The position numbers were made by a program, and so were the translations under genes. Shown here piece by piece: positions 23,352 through 33,265 of a DNA stretch of 64,000 nt. The stretch spans positions 416,001 to 480,000 of the forward strand of contig OZ245006.1 in the NCBI GenBank assembly GCA_965223545.1, written 5' to 3'. Source of the stretch: Planctomycetota bacterium (GTDB lineage: Bacteria > Planctomycetota > UBA1135 > UBA2386). The notes beneath the pieces were generated by a model that did not search any database, was not told the DNA's origin, and saw nothing but the letters and a program-made list of their open reading frames with translations. The stretch's first letter is position 1, and the number at the start of each line of letters is the position of its first letter.

Positions 23352-23747
23352 TCACTCGACGGTGCAGAGCACCTCGCCACCGACCTTCTTCTGCCGGCAC
23401 TCGCGGTCCGACAGCACTCCCTGACTCGTCGAGACCACCGAGATGCCGAGACCACCGCGCACCTGCGGTAGGTCCGCCACCGAGCGGAAGCGCCGGCAGC
23501 CGGGCCGGCTGAACCGGCGGATGCCGGTCACCACTTGCTCGCCCTCGGGGCCGTATTTGAGCGCGATGTCGATCACGCTGCGCGGGCCGTCGCTCTGCAC
23601 GTCATAGCCGTGGATGTAGCCCTCGCGCTTCATCACCTCGAGGATCGAGACCTTGAGCCGGCTGCCCGGAACGGTGCAGCGTTCGGCGCGGTTGCGCAGG
23701 GCGTTGCGCATCCGGGTCAGCAGATCGGCAATCGGATCAGTCATCAT
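23352..23747 (-). CDS. rpsH: 30S ribosomal protein S8
   Basis: [28 protein letters not shown]. Confidence 0.98.
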   Translation of the reverse strand: MMTDPIADLLTRMRNALRNRAERCTVPGSRLKVSILEVMKREGYIHGYDVQSDGPRSVIDIALKYGPEGEQVVTGIRRFSRPGCRRFRSVADLPQVRGGLGISVVSTSQGVLSDRECRQKKVGGEVLCTVE

Positions 23748-23759
23748 GGCGTCGGTTCC

Positions 23760-23945
23760 TCACCAAGAAGCCTTGCGCACGCCCGGGATCTCACCGCGCA
23801 GCGACAGGTTGCGGAAGCAAACGCGGCAGATGCCGAACTTGCGATAGTAGGCCCGCGCCCGGCCACACAGCTGGCAGCGGTTGTAGGCGCGCGTCGAAAA
23901 CTTCGGCTTGCGGCTCTGCTTGACTTTCAAACACGTCTTAGCCAT
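23760..23945 (-). CDS. rpsN: 30S ribosomal protein S14, zinc-binding short type
   Basis: 61 aa; [24 protein letters not shown]. Confidence 0.96.
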   Translation of the reverse strand: MAKTCLKVKQSRKPKFSTRAYNRCQLCGRARAYYRKFGICRVCFRNLSLRGEIPGVRKASW

Positions 23946-23956
23946 CGGTGGTCTCT

Positions 23957-24520
23957 CTACTTGCGGAACGGTAGGCCGAGCTTCTGCAGCAAGGCGAACC
24001 CCTCCTCGTCGGTGCGTGCCGAAGTGACAAAGGTGATGTGCATGCCCTGCACGAACTCGATCTTGTCGAGGTTGATCTCGGGGAACACGCTCTGCTCCGA
24101 CAACCCCATGGTGTAGTTGCCGCGGCCGTCGAGCTTGGTGCCCAGCCCGCGGAAGTCGCGGATACGCGGAATGGCGACTGCCACCAGCCGGTCCATGAAC
24201 TCCCACATCCGGGCACCGCGCAGCGTGACCGAGCAGCCGATCGCGTAGCCCGCCCGCACCTTGAAGCCGGCGACCGAGATGCGCGCCTTGTTCTGCACCG
24301 GCTTCTGGCCGGCAATCGTGCCGAGGTCGCGGGCGGCGTGCTCGAGGCGTGCCTTGTTCTCGGTGGCCTTGCCGAGGCCCATCGCGATCACGATCTTCTT
24401 CAGCCCCGGCACCATCATCGGGTTCGGATAGCCGAACTGCTCGCGCAGCGCCGCGCGAACCTCGCCGTCGTACTTGGCCCGCAGGCGCGGGACGACCTTC
24501 TCTGGCGTGGCAGTGGTCAT
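23957..24520 (-). CDS. rplE: 50S ribosomal protein L5
   Basis: [29 protein letters not shown]. Confidence 0.97.
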   Translation of the reverse strand: MTTATPEKVVPRLRAKYDGEVRAALREQFGYPNPMMVPGLKKIVIAMGLGKATENKARLEHAARDLGTIAGQKPVQNKARISVAGFKVRAGYAIGCSVTLRGARMWEFMDRLVAVAIPRIRDFRGLGTKLDGRGNYTMGLSEQSVFPEINLDKIEFVQGMHITFVTSARTDEEGFALLQKLGLPFRK

Positions 24521-24530
24521 CGATTCATCC

Positions 24531-24857
24531 TCAGTCAAAGCGCGTCCCGCACTTCACTCCGACGCGCACGCGCTTGCCGTCGACGAGCTCGATCCGTGTC
24601 CGCACCCCACGGCCTTCCTTCTCGCTGAACAACAGCACGTTGCTCGCGTCGATCGGAAACTCCTTGCGCACGCGCCCGCCCTGCGGGTTCTGCTGCGAGC
24701 GCTTGAGGTGCTTGGTGCGCATGTTGACGTCCTGCACCACGACCCGACCGCTCTCGACATCGACCGAGAGCACCTCGTGTGGCTTGGCGGACTTGTCCGC
24801 GCCCGAGATGACGACCACGCGGTCGCCCTTCTTGACGTGCAGTGTTCGGGATCCCAT
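24531..24857 (-). CDS. rplX: 50S ribosomal protein L24
   Basis: KKGDRVVVISGADK, QGG, PIDASNV. Confidence 0.96.
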   Translation of the reverse strand: MGSRTLHVKKGDRVVVISGADKSAKPHEVLSVDVESGRVVVQDVNMRTKHLKRSQQNPQGGRVRKEFPIDASNVLLFSEKEGRGVRTRIELVDGKRVRVGVKCGTRFD

Positions 24858-25225
24858 CAGACGACCTCCTCCGCCAGGGAGACGATCTTCATGAAGTTCT
24901 TCTCACGCAGCTCGCGCGCCACCGCACCGAAGATGCGGGTGCCGCGCGGGTTGCCATCGTTGTCGATGATGACGACCGCGTTGCGGTCGAACCGGATGTA
25001 GCTGCCGTCGGGCCGCCGCACGCTCTGCGCGGTGCGCACCACGACGCCCTTGACGACCTGGCCGGTCTTGACCTCGCCATTGGGCAACGCCTTCTTCACC
25101 GAGGCCACCACGACGTCTCCCAACGAGGCGTAACGCCGCCGCGAACCGCCCAGCACCTTGATGCACTGGGCTTGCTTCGCGCCGCTGTTGTCGGCCACGT
25201 CGAGCATGGTCTGCTCTTGGATCAT
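24857..25225 (-). CDS. rplN: 50S ribosomal protein L14
   Basis: [20 protein letters not shown]. Confidence 0.98.
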   Translation of the reverse strand: MIQEQTMLDVADNSGAKQAQCIKVLGGSRRRYASLGDVVVASVKKALPNGEVKTGQVVKGVVVRTAQSVRRPDGSYIRFDRNAVVIIDNDGNPRGTRIFGAVARELREKNFMKIVSLAEEVV

Positions 25226-25293
25226 TGTGCGTTTCTCCGTCCTGCGCTCATCGGTTCAAACGGCTCTCACCGGTGTCCTGTGCCAACGTCGCC

Positions 25294-25563
25294 TCAGCGC
25301 ACTGCCTTGCGCACGACGCGCACCAGACGCCAGCGCTTGAGCTTCGACAACGGCCGCGTCTGCACGACCTCGACCACGTCGCCGATGCCCGCCTCGTTGT
25401 TCTCGTCGTGCGCGTGCAAGCGCGTCCGCCGGCGCACGAACTTCTCGTACATCGGGTGGCGCACCAGACGCTCGACCGACACCGAGATCGACTTGTCCAT
25501 CTTGTCGGACGTGACGACCCCGGTCTGTGTCTTGCGCGACTTGCGCGGCGTGGGCTCACTCAT
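25294..25563 (-). CDS. rpsQ: 30S ribosomal protein S17
   Basis: SDKMDK, HPMYEK, HDE, TRPLSK. Confidence 0.96.
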   Translation of the reverse strand: MSEPTPRKSRKTQTGVVTSDKMDKSISVSVERLVRHPMYEKFVRRRTRLHAHDENNEAGIGDVVEVVQTRPLSKLKRWRLVRVVRKAVR

Positions 25564-25777
25564 CGGTCTGTTCCTGCTTGGCCGCGTCGGCGATCTCCCG
25601 CTCACGCAGCACGGTATGAATCCTGGCGATGGTCTTGCGGATCTCGGCGAACCGCGACGTCTTGGCGATCTCCTCGGCGGCCGCGCGGAAGCGCAGCTGA
25701 AACTGCTCCTTGCGCAGCTCCGCCAGGTCGAGCCTCAATTCGCGCGAATCCTTGCCCCGCATCTCCGCGAGCTTCAT
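25556..25777 (-). CDS. rpmC: 50S ribosomal protein L29
   Basis: MKLAEMR...[10 protein letters not shown]...RKTIARIHT; between rplP and rpsQ. Confidence 0.93.
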   Translation of the reverse strand: MKLAEMRGKDSRELRLDLAELRKEQFQLRFRAAAEEIAKTSRFAEIRKTIARIHTVLREREIADAAKQEQTDE

Positions 25778-26187
25778 CAGACCGGCCTCCGCGTGATCAT
25801 GCGCACCTTCACCGGCATCTTGTGCGCGATGCGGTTGAAGGCCTTGCGCGCCTGGTCGACAGTGCAGCCGCCGAGCTCGTAGAGCACGGTCCCCGGCCGC
25901 ACGACCGCGGTCCAGTAGTCGACGTCGCCCTTGCCGGTGCCCTGCCGGGTCTCGGCCGGCTTCGACGAGACCGACTTGTGCGGGAAGATGCGGATGTAGA
26001 CCTTGGCCTCCGGCGCCGCCCGCGACGCGGCGATACGGCCGGCCTCGATCGTCCGCGACGGGATCCAACCCGGCTCGATCGACTGCAGCCCGTACTCACC
26101 GAACGCGACCGTGTTGCCGCGCGACGCGACGCCGCGGATTCGGCCGCGCATCGACTTGCGGAACTTGGTTCGCTTGGGCATCAACAT
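25777..26187 (-). CDS. rplP: 50S ribosomal protein L16
   Basis: MLMPKRTKFRK, FGEYGL, RIFPHK, GKG. Confidence 0.97.
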   Translation of the reverse strand: MLMPKRTKFRKSMRGRIRGVASRGNTVAFGEYGLQSIEPGWIPSRTIEAGRIAASRAAPEAKVYIRIFPHKSVSSKPAETRQGTGKGDVDYWTAVVRPGTVLYELGGCTVDQARKAFNRIAHKMPVKVRMITRRPV

Positions 26188-26225
26188 GGTGGTTCTCCGT
26201 CGTTACCTGTGCGGTCCATCCGCTC

Positions 26226-26909
26226 TCAGATCGCTCGCTCCGCCGCCGGGCGCACCGGCAACAGGCCGCGCGTGGTCTCGCCAGGGCCGTACTCGCCCTT
26301 GAAGATCCACACCTTGACGCCGATCGTGCCGTAGTTCGTCTTCGCCACGCAGGTGCCGTACTCGAGCTGTGCGCGCAGCGTCGTGCACGGGATGCGGCCC
26401 CGCCGAATCTCGCCGACGCGCGCCATCTCGGCGCCCTGCAGTCGGCCGGCGACCAGGATCTTGATCCCCTTCGCACCGGCGGCCATCGAGGTCTCCGCCG
26501 CTTTCTTCAGCGCGCGGCGGTAGTTCATGCGCTTGCCGAGCTGCTCCGCGAGCGACTCGGCCACCAAGTTCGGCTCGAGCTCGGGCCGGTGGATCTCGAT
26601 GATCTTCATCCGCACCGGCTTCTTGGTCAGCTTCTCGAGGTCCTCGCGGAAGCGGTCGACCTTGGCGCCCTTCTTGCCGATCAGGATGCCCGGCCGCGCG
26701 GTGTGCAAGAACACCGTGACGATGTCACCGGCGCGCTCGATCTCGACCTTCGGGATCGCGGCGAACGCCCAGTTGTCACGGATGTACTTGCGGATCTTCT
26801 GATCCTCGACCAGCAGCTTGGAAAAGTCCTTCGACGACGCGTACCAACGCGAGCGCCAGGGCTCGGTGATGGCGATGCGGAATCCGGTCGGGTGTGTCTT
26901 TTGCCCCAT
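26226..26909 (-). CDS. rpsC: 30S ribosomal protein S3
   Basis: MGQKTHP, ARPGILIGKKG, GRLQGAEMAR, YGTIGVKVWI. Confidence 0.98.
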   Translation of the reverse strand: MGQKTHPTGFRIAITEPWRSRWYASSKDFSKLLVEDQKIRKYIRDNWAFAAIPKVEIERAGDIVTVFLHTARPGILIGKKGAKVDRFREDLEKLTKKPVRMKIIEIHRPELEPNLVAESLAEQLGKRMNYRRALKKAAETSMAAGAKGIKILVAGRLQGAEMARVGEIRRGRIPCTTLRAQLEYGTCVAKTNYGTIGVKVWIFKGEYGPGETTRGLLPVRPAAERAI

Positions 26910-26912
26910 GGC

Positions 26913-27335
26913 TCACTCTTCTCCGCTTTGGGCCGCGGTCTCCTCGACCGCCTGCTCGACATCCTCGACCACCAGTGCTGGGTCGGTGAGGTGCACGTGG
27001 ATGTGGCAGGTCCGACGGCGGAACGGCATCGCCCGCCCCATCGGCCCCGGCCGGAAACGCATGCGGCCCTGCAACAGCGGCCCGCAGTTGACATAGGCGC
27101 GCGCCACCGTCAGGCGGCTCGCCTTGACCTCGGGGTTCTGCAGCGCGTTGGCGACCGCCGAGGCCACCACCTTGCGCACCATGGGCGACGCCCGGTGCTT
27201 GTCGTTGCGCAGCAGGTCCAACGCCTGGTTCGCGGTGCGCCCGCGGATCATGTCGACCACCAACCGCGCCTTGCGCGACGCGATGCGCGCGTGCCGGTGC
27301 GAGGCCGAGAACTCGATCGTGTTGCCGTGCGTCAT
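26913..27335 (-). CDS. rplV: 50S ribosomal protein L22
   Basis: RKARLVVDMIRG, SAVANA, GRA...CHIHV. Confidence 0.95.
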   Translation of the reverse strand: MTHGNTIEFSASHRHARIASRKARLVVDMIRGRTANQALDLLRNDKHRASPMVRKVVASAVANALQNPEVKASRLTVARAYVNCGPLLQGRMRFRPGPMGRAMPFRRRTCHIHVHLTDPALVVEDVEQAVEETAAQSGEE

Positions 27336-27346
27336 CGCCCTCAGCC

Positions 27347-27613
27347 TCACCGCTTCTTGTCCGCGTGGCCGCGGAAGGTCCGCGTCGGCGCGAACTCACC
27401 CAGCTTGTGGCCGACCATGTCCTCGGTGACGTAGCACTTCAGAAAGGTCCGGCCGTTGTGAACCATCAGCGTGTGGCCGACGAACTCCGGCGAAATGGTG
27501 CAAGCGCGCGCCCACGTCTTGATCGGCTCGCGCTTGTTCTGGGCGTTCTGTCGCTCGATCTTCTGCATCAGCTTCTGATCGATGTAGGGGCCCTTCTTGA
27601 CACTGCGACTCAC
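27347..27613 (-). CDS. rpsS: 30S ribosomal protein S19
   Basis: [25 protein letters not shown]. Confidence 0.98.
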   Translation of the reverse strand: MSRSVKKGPYIDQKLMQKIERQNAQNKREPIKTWARACTISPEFVGHTLMVHNGRTFLKCYVTEDMVGHKLGEFAPTRTFRGHADKKR

Positions 27614-27626
27614 GGCTGCACCTCAC

Positions 27627-28475
27627 TCACTTCTGCCGGCTGTGCTTGCCCGGCTTGCGACGACGGAGAATGAACTTGGTCGACTGCGCCTTGCGGCGCC
27701 GGGTCTTGCCGCCCTTGGTCGGCTTGCCCCAAGGCGTGACGGGATGACGGCCACCACCGGTGCGCCCCTCGCCGCCACCCATCGGGTGCGCGACCGGGTT
27801 CATCGAGGTGCCGCGGTTGTGCGGCCGCCGGCCCTTGTGGCGCATGCGGCCCGCCTTGCCCCAGCGCACGCGGTGGTAGTCGACGTTGCCGATCTGGCCG
27901 ATCGTCGCGCGGCACTGCACGTGGATCTTGCGGGTCTCGCCCGAGGGCAGGATCACCACCGCGTAGTCGCCCTCGCGGGCGGCGAGCTGGCACACCGCGC
28001 CGGCGGCGCGCGCCAATTGACCGCCGCGGCCGGGCTGTAGCTCGATGTTGTGGATCTCGAGACCGACCGGGATGCTGGCCAACGGCATCGCGTTGCCGAC
28101 GTCCGGCTCGACCTTCTCGCCCGACACCACCATCTGCCCCGGCGTCAGCCCCTTGGGCGCGAGGATGTAGCGCTTCTCGCCGTCGAGGTAGTGCAGCAGC
28201 GCGATGTCGGCGTTGCGGTTGGGATCGTACTCGATCGCCGCGACCTTGGCCGGCACGCCGTCCTTGTTGCGCTTGAAGTCGACGATGCGATACAGCCGCC
28301 GGCTGCCACCACCGCGGAAGCGGGAGGTGATGTGGCCGTGGTTGTTGCGCCCGGCGTGGTTCTTCAGGCGTTCGACGAGGGACTTCTCCGGCCGCTTCTT
28401 GGTCAGATGCGAGAAGTCCAACACCGACGACTTGCGCCGGCCGGGAGAGGTTGGCTTGTAGACCTTGATGGGCAT
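27627..28475 (-). CDS. rplB: 50S ribosomal protein L2
   Basis: [30 protein letters not shown]. Confidence 0.98.
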   Translation of the reverse strand: MPIKVYKPTSPGRRKSSVLDFSHLTKKRPEKSLVERLKNHAGRNNHGHITSRFRGGGSRRLYRIVDFKRNKDGVPAKVAAIEYDPNRNADIALLHYLDGEKRYILAPKGLTPGQMVVSGEKVEPDVGNAMPLASIPVGLEIHNIELQPGRGGQLARAAGAVCQLAAREGDYAVVILPSGETRKIHVQCRATIGQIGNVDYHRVRWGKAGRMRHKGRRPHNRGTSMNPVAHPMGGGEGRTGGGRHPVTPWGKPTKGGKTRRRKAQSTKFILRRRKPGKHSRQK

Positions 28476-28485
28476 CGTCGGCTCC

Positions 28486-28776
28486 TCACACGATCTCGAT
28501 GCTCTCGCCCTGCCGCAGCGTCACCAGCGCCTTCTTCCACGGCGAGGTACGTCCCGGCCGCCCGAGGAAGCGACGAAACTTACCGGGCATGTTGATGATG
28601 CGGACCCCCTCGACGCGCACCTCGAACAGCGTCTCGACCGCCTTGCGGATCTCGCGCTTGTTGGTGCCGCTGTCGACCTCGAACGTGTAGACGTTGCGCA
28701 GGTCTTGCAGGACCGTCGACTTCTCGGTGACGCGCGGTCGCCGGAGAACATCGTAGTAGAGCGAAGCGTTCGCCAT
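28486..28776 (-). CDS. rplW: 50S ribosomal protein L23
   Basis: [20 protein letters not shown]. Confidence 0.96.
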   Translation of the reverse strand: MANASLYYDVLRRPRVTEKSTVLQDLRNVYTFEVDSGTNKREIRKAVETLFEVRVEGVRIINMPGKFRRFLGRPGRTSPWKKALVTLRQGESIEIV

Positions 28777-28779
28777 GGA

Positions 28780-29457
28780 TCAGCTCTCCCCTCCGGCCGG
28801 CGCCGCCACTTCTGCTGGCTCGCCTTCTGCTGGCACGCCTGCCGCCAGCTGGGCAGTCAGCGCATCCATCGCCGCCGGGGTCAGCACCATGTGCCGCCGC
28901 AGCAAGACCTGGTGCGCATTGAGATCGCTCACCGGGCACACGTCGGCGTAGGGCACGTTGCGCAGCGACAAGTAGAGGTTGCGGTCGACGCCGTCGGTGA
29001 CCACCAGCACGCTGCGCGCCATCTCCAGCGCGTTCAGGACCGCCATCGCCGCCTTGGTGCTGGGCGCCTCGGCCGGCCAACCGTCCGCGATCGCCACCTC
29101 GCCATCGCGGAACTTGCTCAGCAGGGCGCTGCGCAGCGCGGCGCGGCGCGCCTTCTTCGGCATCTGGTAGGAGTAGTCGCGCGGCCGCGGACCGAAGGCC
29201 ACGCCACCGCCGCGCCAGTGCGGCGCCTTCTTGGTGCCCATCCGCGCGCGGCCCGTGTGCTTCTGCCGCCACATCTTGCGGTTGGGGCCGGCGACTTCGG
29301 AGCGCGTCTTGGTCTTGGCCGTGCCGGCGCGCCGGTTGGCCTCGTACATCACCACCGCGTCCTTCAGGGTGCGGTGGAGCACGCGCTCACCGAGGGCCGC
29401 CGCGTCGACATCGCGGGTACCCAGCGAACCACCGGAAAAGACTTTTACCTCGACCAT
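28780..29457 (-). CDS. rplD: 50S ribosomal protein L4
   Basis: GTAKTKTRSEV, WRQKHTGRAR, GGGVAFGPRPR; GGAGGAG RBS before ATG 29457. Confidence 0.97.
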   Translation of the reverse strand: MVEVKVFSGGSLGTRDVDAAALGERVLHRTLKDAVVMYEANRRAGTAKTKTRSEVAGPNRKMWRQKHTGRARMGTKKAPHWRGGGVAFGPRPRDYSYQMPKKARRAALRSALLSKFRDGEVAIADGWPAEAPSTKAAMAVLNALEMARSVLVVTDGVDRNLYLSLRNVPYADVCPVSDLNAHQVLLRRHMVLTPAAMDALTAQLAAGVPAEGEPAEVAAPAGGES

Positions 29458-29542
29458 CGTGATGCTCCTCCAAGCGCTGGGGGTCGCGCACCGTGTCGTC
29501 GGGAGTGGTTCGACGGCGACCCACTCGGGGTCACGCACCGAC

Positions 29543-29574
29543 AAGAAAGCACCGCCTCGGGCGAGCCCGGGCGG
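29543..29574 (-). terminator. GC-rich hairpin followed by a weak U-rich tract between rpsJ and rplD
   Basis: Minus strand CCGCCCGGGC-TC-GCCCGAGGCGG (bulged stem) then TGCTTTCTT. Confidence 0.35.
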
Positions 29575-29619
29575 CGATCTCGTCTACCGAGCCTCCGTCC
29601 TCCAGCCGATCGAAGGCCC

Positions 29620-29931
29620 TCAGGCCTTGATGCGGATGTCGACGCCGGCCGGCATGTTCAGCTTGCTCAGCGCGTCGACGGTCTTGGAGGTCGGCTCGGA
29701 GATGTAGATGAGCCTCTTGTGCGTACGAATCTCGAACTGCTCTCGACTTTTCTTGTCGATATGCGGCGATCGAAGCACCGTGTAGCGCTCGATCCGGGTC
29801 GGTAGAGGCACTGGCCCCGCCACACGTGCACCGGTCCGCTTGGATGTCTCGACGATGTCCTGAGCGGCTTGATCCAAGGCCTCGTAATCGTAGGCCTCCA
29901 TTCGGATTTGGATCTTCTCGTGCATGTTCAA
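29620..29931 (-). CDS. rpsJ: 30S ribosomal protein S10
   Basis: [27 protein letters not shown]. Confidence 0.98.
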   Translation of the reverse strand: MNMHEKIQIRMEAYDYEALDQAAQDIVETSKRTGARVAGPVPLPTRIERYTVLRSPHIDKKSREQFEIRTHKRLIYISEPTSKTVDALSKLNMPAGVDIRIKA

Positions 29932-30100
29932 CAGCAGGGCGAGCGAGGTGCCATTACTACCGGTTGCACCCTAACCTCATATCAGCAAGAGGTTTACAAC
30001 GGTTTTGCGGCCCCCTCGGACGTGGGGAAGAAGGATGTTATCGATCCATGACATGGGATCAAGCGTGTGCTGGAGCTTTTTTTGCAAGGACTTGCCGCGA
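29932..30100 (-). promoter_or_regulatory. AT-richer upstream region, probable S10 operon promoter
   Basis: Non-coding and AT-enriched; minus strand TTGATC-16 nt-TAACAT overlapping an imperfect inverted repeat at 30043-30060. Confidence 0.4.
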
Positions 30101-30141
30101 TTCACCCCTCTCCGCGCGAAGGGGCGGCCCGCGCCGGATCG

Positions 30142-32121
30142 TCAGACCGGCGCGAACCCCTTCGGGCGCAACGAGATCGTGCCGAGGCCGCGGGACAGGT
30201 TGCGGAGCCGGGTGGCGTAGCCCAGCATCGGACGCAGCAAGACCGAGCCGCGCACCTCGGCCGGCCCGCCACTCGACTCGACCCCCTCGATCTGGGCGCC
30301 GAGGCTGCGCAGGTCGCCGATGACGGCCGACAGGCCGTCGGCCGGGCACTCGACGGCGAAGGCCATCTCCGGCTCCATCAAGACGACACCGGCGGCCGCG
30401 ACCGCCTTGCGCAGCGCCACCGAGAGCGCCTCGAGGTAGAGCACCGCCCCCTGCTCGCCACCGGCATCCCCCTCGACGGCGACCAGCCGCACCGTGAGGT
30501 CGGTCGCCGGGTAGCCGGCGCTGAGTCCCGTGCGCAGCCGCTCGCGCACCTCCTCGAGCAGCGCGATCGCCTCCACGCGGTCCTGCACCGCGCTCTCCAC
30601 CCGCGCCCCGCCCCAGGCCGGCGCCACCTCGATGCCGACGAACGCCCGGGCGCTGCCCTCGCCCCCGGCCCGACACTCGGCGCTGGCCGCCGCCGGCCCG
30701 CGCACCGTCTCCAGACGGGCCACCCGCGGCCGGCCGACGCGCACCGCGTCGCCGACGCGACGCTGCAGCCGACTCTTGAACACCTCGAGGTGGAGCTCGC
30801 CCATGCCCGAGACCAGCAGCCGCCCGGCATCCGGCTCGCGCTCGAGCACCAGCGTCGGGTCGTCGGCGGCCAACCGCTTGGCCGCCGCCTCGACCACGGC
30901 CTCGTCACCCGGCGCGCGCGGCTCGAGCGCGACCGACACCACCGGCCGCGGGAATGCGAGCGGCTCGAGGCGCATCGGCGCGCCGGGGGCAAACACGGTG
31001 TCGCCGGTGCGCAGCTCCATCGGCGCGGCCACGGCGACCACGTCGCCGGGCAGAGCGCGCGCCAGCGGTTCGGGGTGGTCGGCGTGCAGCTCGAGCAGGC
31101 TGTCGATCTCCGCCTCCGCGCCGCACGTGCTGGCGATCCGATCCCCGGCGCTCAGCGTGCCCGAGTAGACGCGCACCAGGGCCGGCTCGTCGGTCCGGGG
31201 TCCACCGCCGCGGAACACCAGTCCGCAGAACGGCGCCTCCCGGCTCGGCGGCCGTCGCTCCGGCGCGCCGCCGTCGGCGGGATCGAGCGATTCGACCGGC
31301 GGCAGATCGAGCGGGGACGGCAAGTAGCGGCAGACGGCGTCCAGCAGCAGGTCGACGCCGACGCAGGGCAGCGCCGCCCCCACCAGCACCGGCACCACCT
31401 CGCCGGCGAGCACCAGGCGCCGCAGCGCGCGGTGCAGGCGATCGGCGTCGACCGCGCGCTCCTCGACGAAGTCGGCCAAGATCGACTCGTCGACGTCGGC
31501 GCACACCTCGATGAGCTGCTGGCGCAAGCCGGCGGCCAGCGCCGGGTCGAGCTGCGGCGACGAGCCGCGCGGCGTCGCGATCCGGCCGGTGATCACGTCC
31601 AGCAGCCCACACAGCCCGCCCTCGCCGATCAACGGCCAGACCACCGGCACCGCCCGCACACCCAGCCGCTCGCGCAGGGACTCGACCGCCCGCCCGACGT
31701 CGGCGCCCACCCGATCGAGCTTGTTGACGAAGACCAGACGCGGCGCCCGCCGCGCGTCCGCCTGCCGCCAGACGGTTTCGGTCTGCGACTCCACCCCGCG
31801 CACGCCGTCGAGCACGACGACCACCCCATCCACCACCCGGAGGCTGCGCTGCACCTCGGCGGTGAAGTCGACGTGCCCGGGCGTGTCCAGCAGGTTGAGG
31901 CGGTGGCCGCGCCAAGCCACCGCGGTTCCCGCCGCGGCGATCGAGATGCCGCGCCGTTGCTCCTCGGCGAGGAAGTCCATCGTGGCGGTGCCGTCGTCGA
32001 CCTCGCCCATCACCCGCTGGCGGCCGGTCGCGAACAGGATGCGCTCGGTCAGCGTCGTCTTGCCCGCGTTGATGTGGGCGACGATGCCGAAGTTGCGCAG
32101 CTGGGACTCGGCCTTGGACAC
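30142..32121 (-). CDS. fusA: Elongation factor G family protein, strongly diverged
   Basis: AHINAGKTT, RGISI, DTPGHVDF, NKLD, GMGELHLE, LMEP; follows rpsL-rpsG. Confidence 0.85.
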   Translation of the reverse strand: MSKAESQLRNFGIVAHINAGKTTLTERILFATGRQRVMGEVDDGTATMDFLAEEQRRGISIAAAGTAVAWRGHRLNLLDTPGHVDFTAEVQRSLRVVDGVVVVLDGVRGVESQTETVWRQADARRAPRLVFVNKLDRVGADVGRAVESLRERLGVRAVPVVWPLIGEGGLCGLLDVITGRIATPRGSSPQLDPALAAGLRQQLIEVCADVDESILADFVEERAVDADRLHRALRRLVLAGEVVPVLVGAALPCVGVDLLLDAVCRYLPSPLDLPPVESLDPADGGAPERRPPSREAPFCGLVFRGGGPRTDEPALVRVYSGTLSAGDRIASTCGAEAEIDSLLELHADHPEPLARALPGDVVAVAAPMELRTGDTVFAPGAPMRLEPLAFPRPVVSVALEPRAPGDEAVVEAAAKRLAADDPTLVLEREPDAGRLLVSGMGELHLEVFKSRLQRRVGDAVRVGRPRVARLETVRGPAAASAECRAGGEGSARAFVGIEVAPAWGGARVESAVQDRVEAIALLEEVRERLRTGLSAGYPATDLTVRLVAVEGDAGGEQGAVLYLEALSVALRKAVAAAGVVLMEPEMAFAVECPADGLSAVIGDLRSLGAQIEGVESSGGPAEVRGSVLLRPMLGYATRLRNLSRGLGTISLRPKGFAPV

Positions 32122-32207
32122 GCGCCCACCATAAGTCGTCCGGGCCGGCGGGCCACGCCTCGAGGGCGGCGCAAGCGATGGCGGCTACATCGACGCTCGC
32201 GCCCCGA

Positions 32208-32236
32208 CGGCGAGCATCACGGCGGCGAGCATCACG
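32208..32236. repeat. Two direct copies of CGGCGAGCATCACG (period 15)
   Basis: Copies at 32208-32221 and 32223-32236 in the rpsG-fusA spacer. Confidence 0.8.
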
Positions 32237-32246
32237 ACGGGGCCTG

Positions 32247-32717
32247 CTACCAGGCGAAGTGGCTGTAGGCGCTGTTGGCCTCGGCCATCTTGTGCACGTT
32301 CTCTTTCTTGGTGACCGCCGCGCCCTGGTTGTTGAACGCGTCGAACATCTCGTCGGCGAGCCGCTTCGCCATCGGCTTGCCGCGCTTGGCGCGGGCGGCG
32401 TCGACCAGCCAGCGGATCGCCAAGCTCTGCTGGCGACGCTTGCTGACCTCGCGCGGCACCTGATAGGTGGCGCCGCCGACCCGCTTGCTGCGCACCTCCA
32501 CCTGCGGCTTCACGTTCTCGATGGCCTTGGTGAAGATCTCGTCCGGCTCGGCCTGGACGCGCTTGGCGACCGAGTCGACCGCCTCGTAGAAGATGCGCTG
32601 GGCGGTGGTCTTCTTACCGCCCCACATGATCTTGTTGATGATCTTCGAGGCCAGCTTGGAACCGAACCTCGGGTCCGGCCGGAGATGGACTTCGGTCGAC
32701 TTGTAGGAACGCGGCAT
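32247..32717 (-). CDS. rpsG: 30S ribosomal protein S7
   Basis: GKKTTA, RVGGATYQVP, HKMAEAN. Confidence 0.98.
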   Translation of the reverse strand: MPRSYKSTEVHLRPDPRFGSKLASKIINKIMWGGKKTTAQRIFYEAVDSVAKRVQAEPDEIFTKAIENVKPQVEVRSKRVGGATYQVPREVSKRRQQSLAIRWLVDAARAKRGKPMAKRLADEMFDAFNNQGAAVTKKENVHKMAEANSAYSHFAW

Positions 32718-32756
32718 GGGTCTGTTGCGGCTCGGTTGCCTGGACTCGCGGGCGCC

Positions 32757-33131
32757 TTACTGCTTGGGCCGTTTGGTGCCGTACTTGGAGCGCGAACGCC
32801 GCCGCTCATCGACGCCGGAGGCGTCGAGGCAGCCGCGCAGCACGTGATAGCGCACGCCGGGCAGATCGCGCACGCGGCCACCGCGAATCAACACGATCGA
32901 GTGCTCCTGCAGGTTGTGCCCCTCGCCCGGGATGTAGACCGTGACTTCCTTGTTGTTGCTCAGCCGGACGCGCGCGATCTTGCGCAGCGCCGAGTTCGGC
33001 TTCTTCGGCGTCATGGTCTTGACCTGCAAGCAGACGCCCCGCCGCTGCGGGCAGCGGTCGAGCACGGGCGCCTTGCTCTTGGCCTTGATCTTTTTGCGTC
33101 CGTTGCGGACGAGCTGATTGATCGTGGGCAT
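32757..33131 (-). CDS. rpsL: 30S ribosomal protein S12
   Basis: [34 protein letters not shown]. Confidence 0.99.
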   Translation of the reverse strand: MPTINQLVRNGRKKIKAKSKAPVLDRCPQRRGVCLQVKTMTPKKPNSALRKIARVRLSNNKEVTVYIPGEGHNLQEHSIVLIRGGRVRDLPGVRYHVLRGCLDASGVDERRRSRSKYGTKRPKQ

Positions 33132-33265
33132 GCGTGTCTTGTCGACGCCGCAGAGCCGCCGCGGCGCAAATGGAGGGCGGGGAGTTTAGGCACGCGCAGG
33201 GCGAATGCAAGCCCGGCCCCGCCGCCAAATGCAAGAGATTGCCGCCGCCGGCGGCCGGCGCGCGG

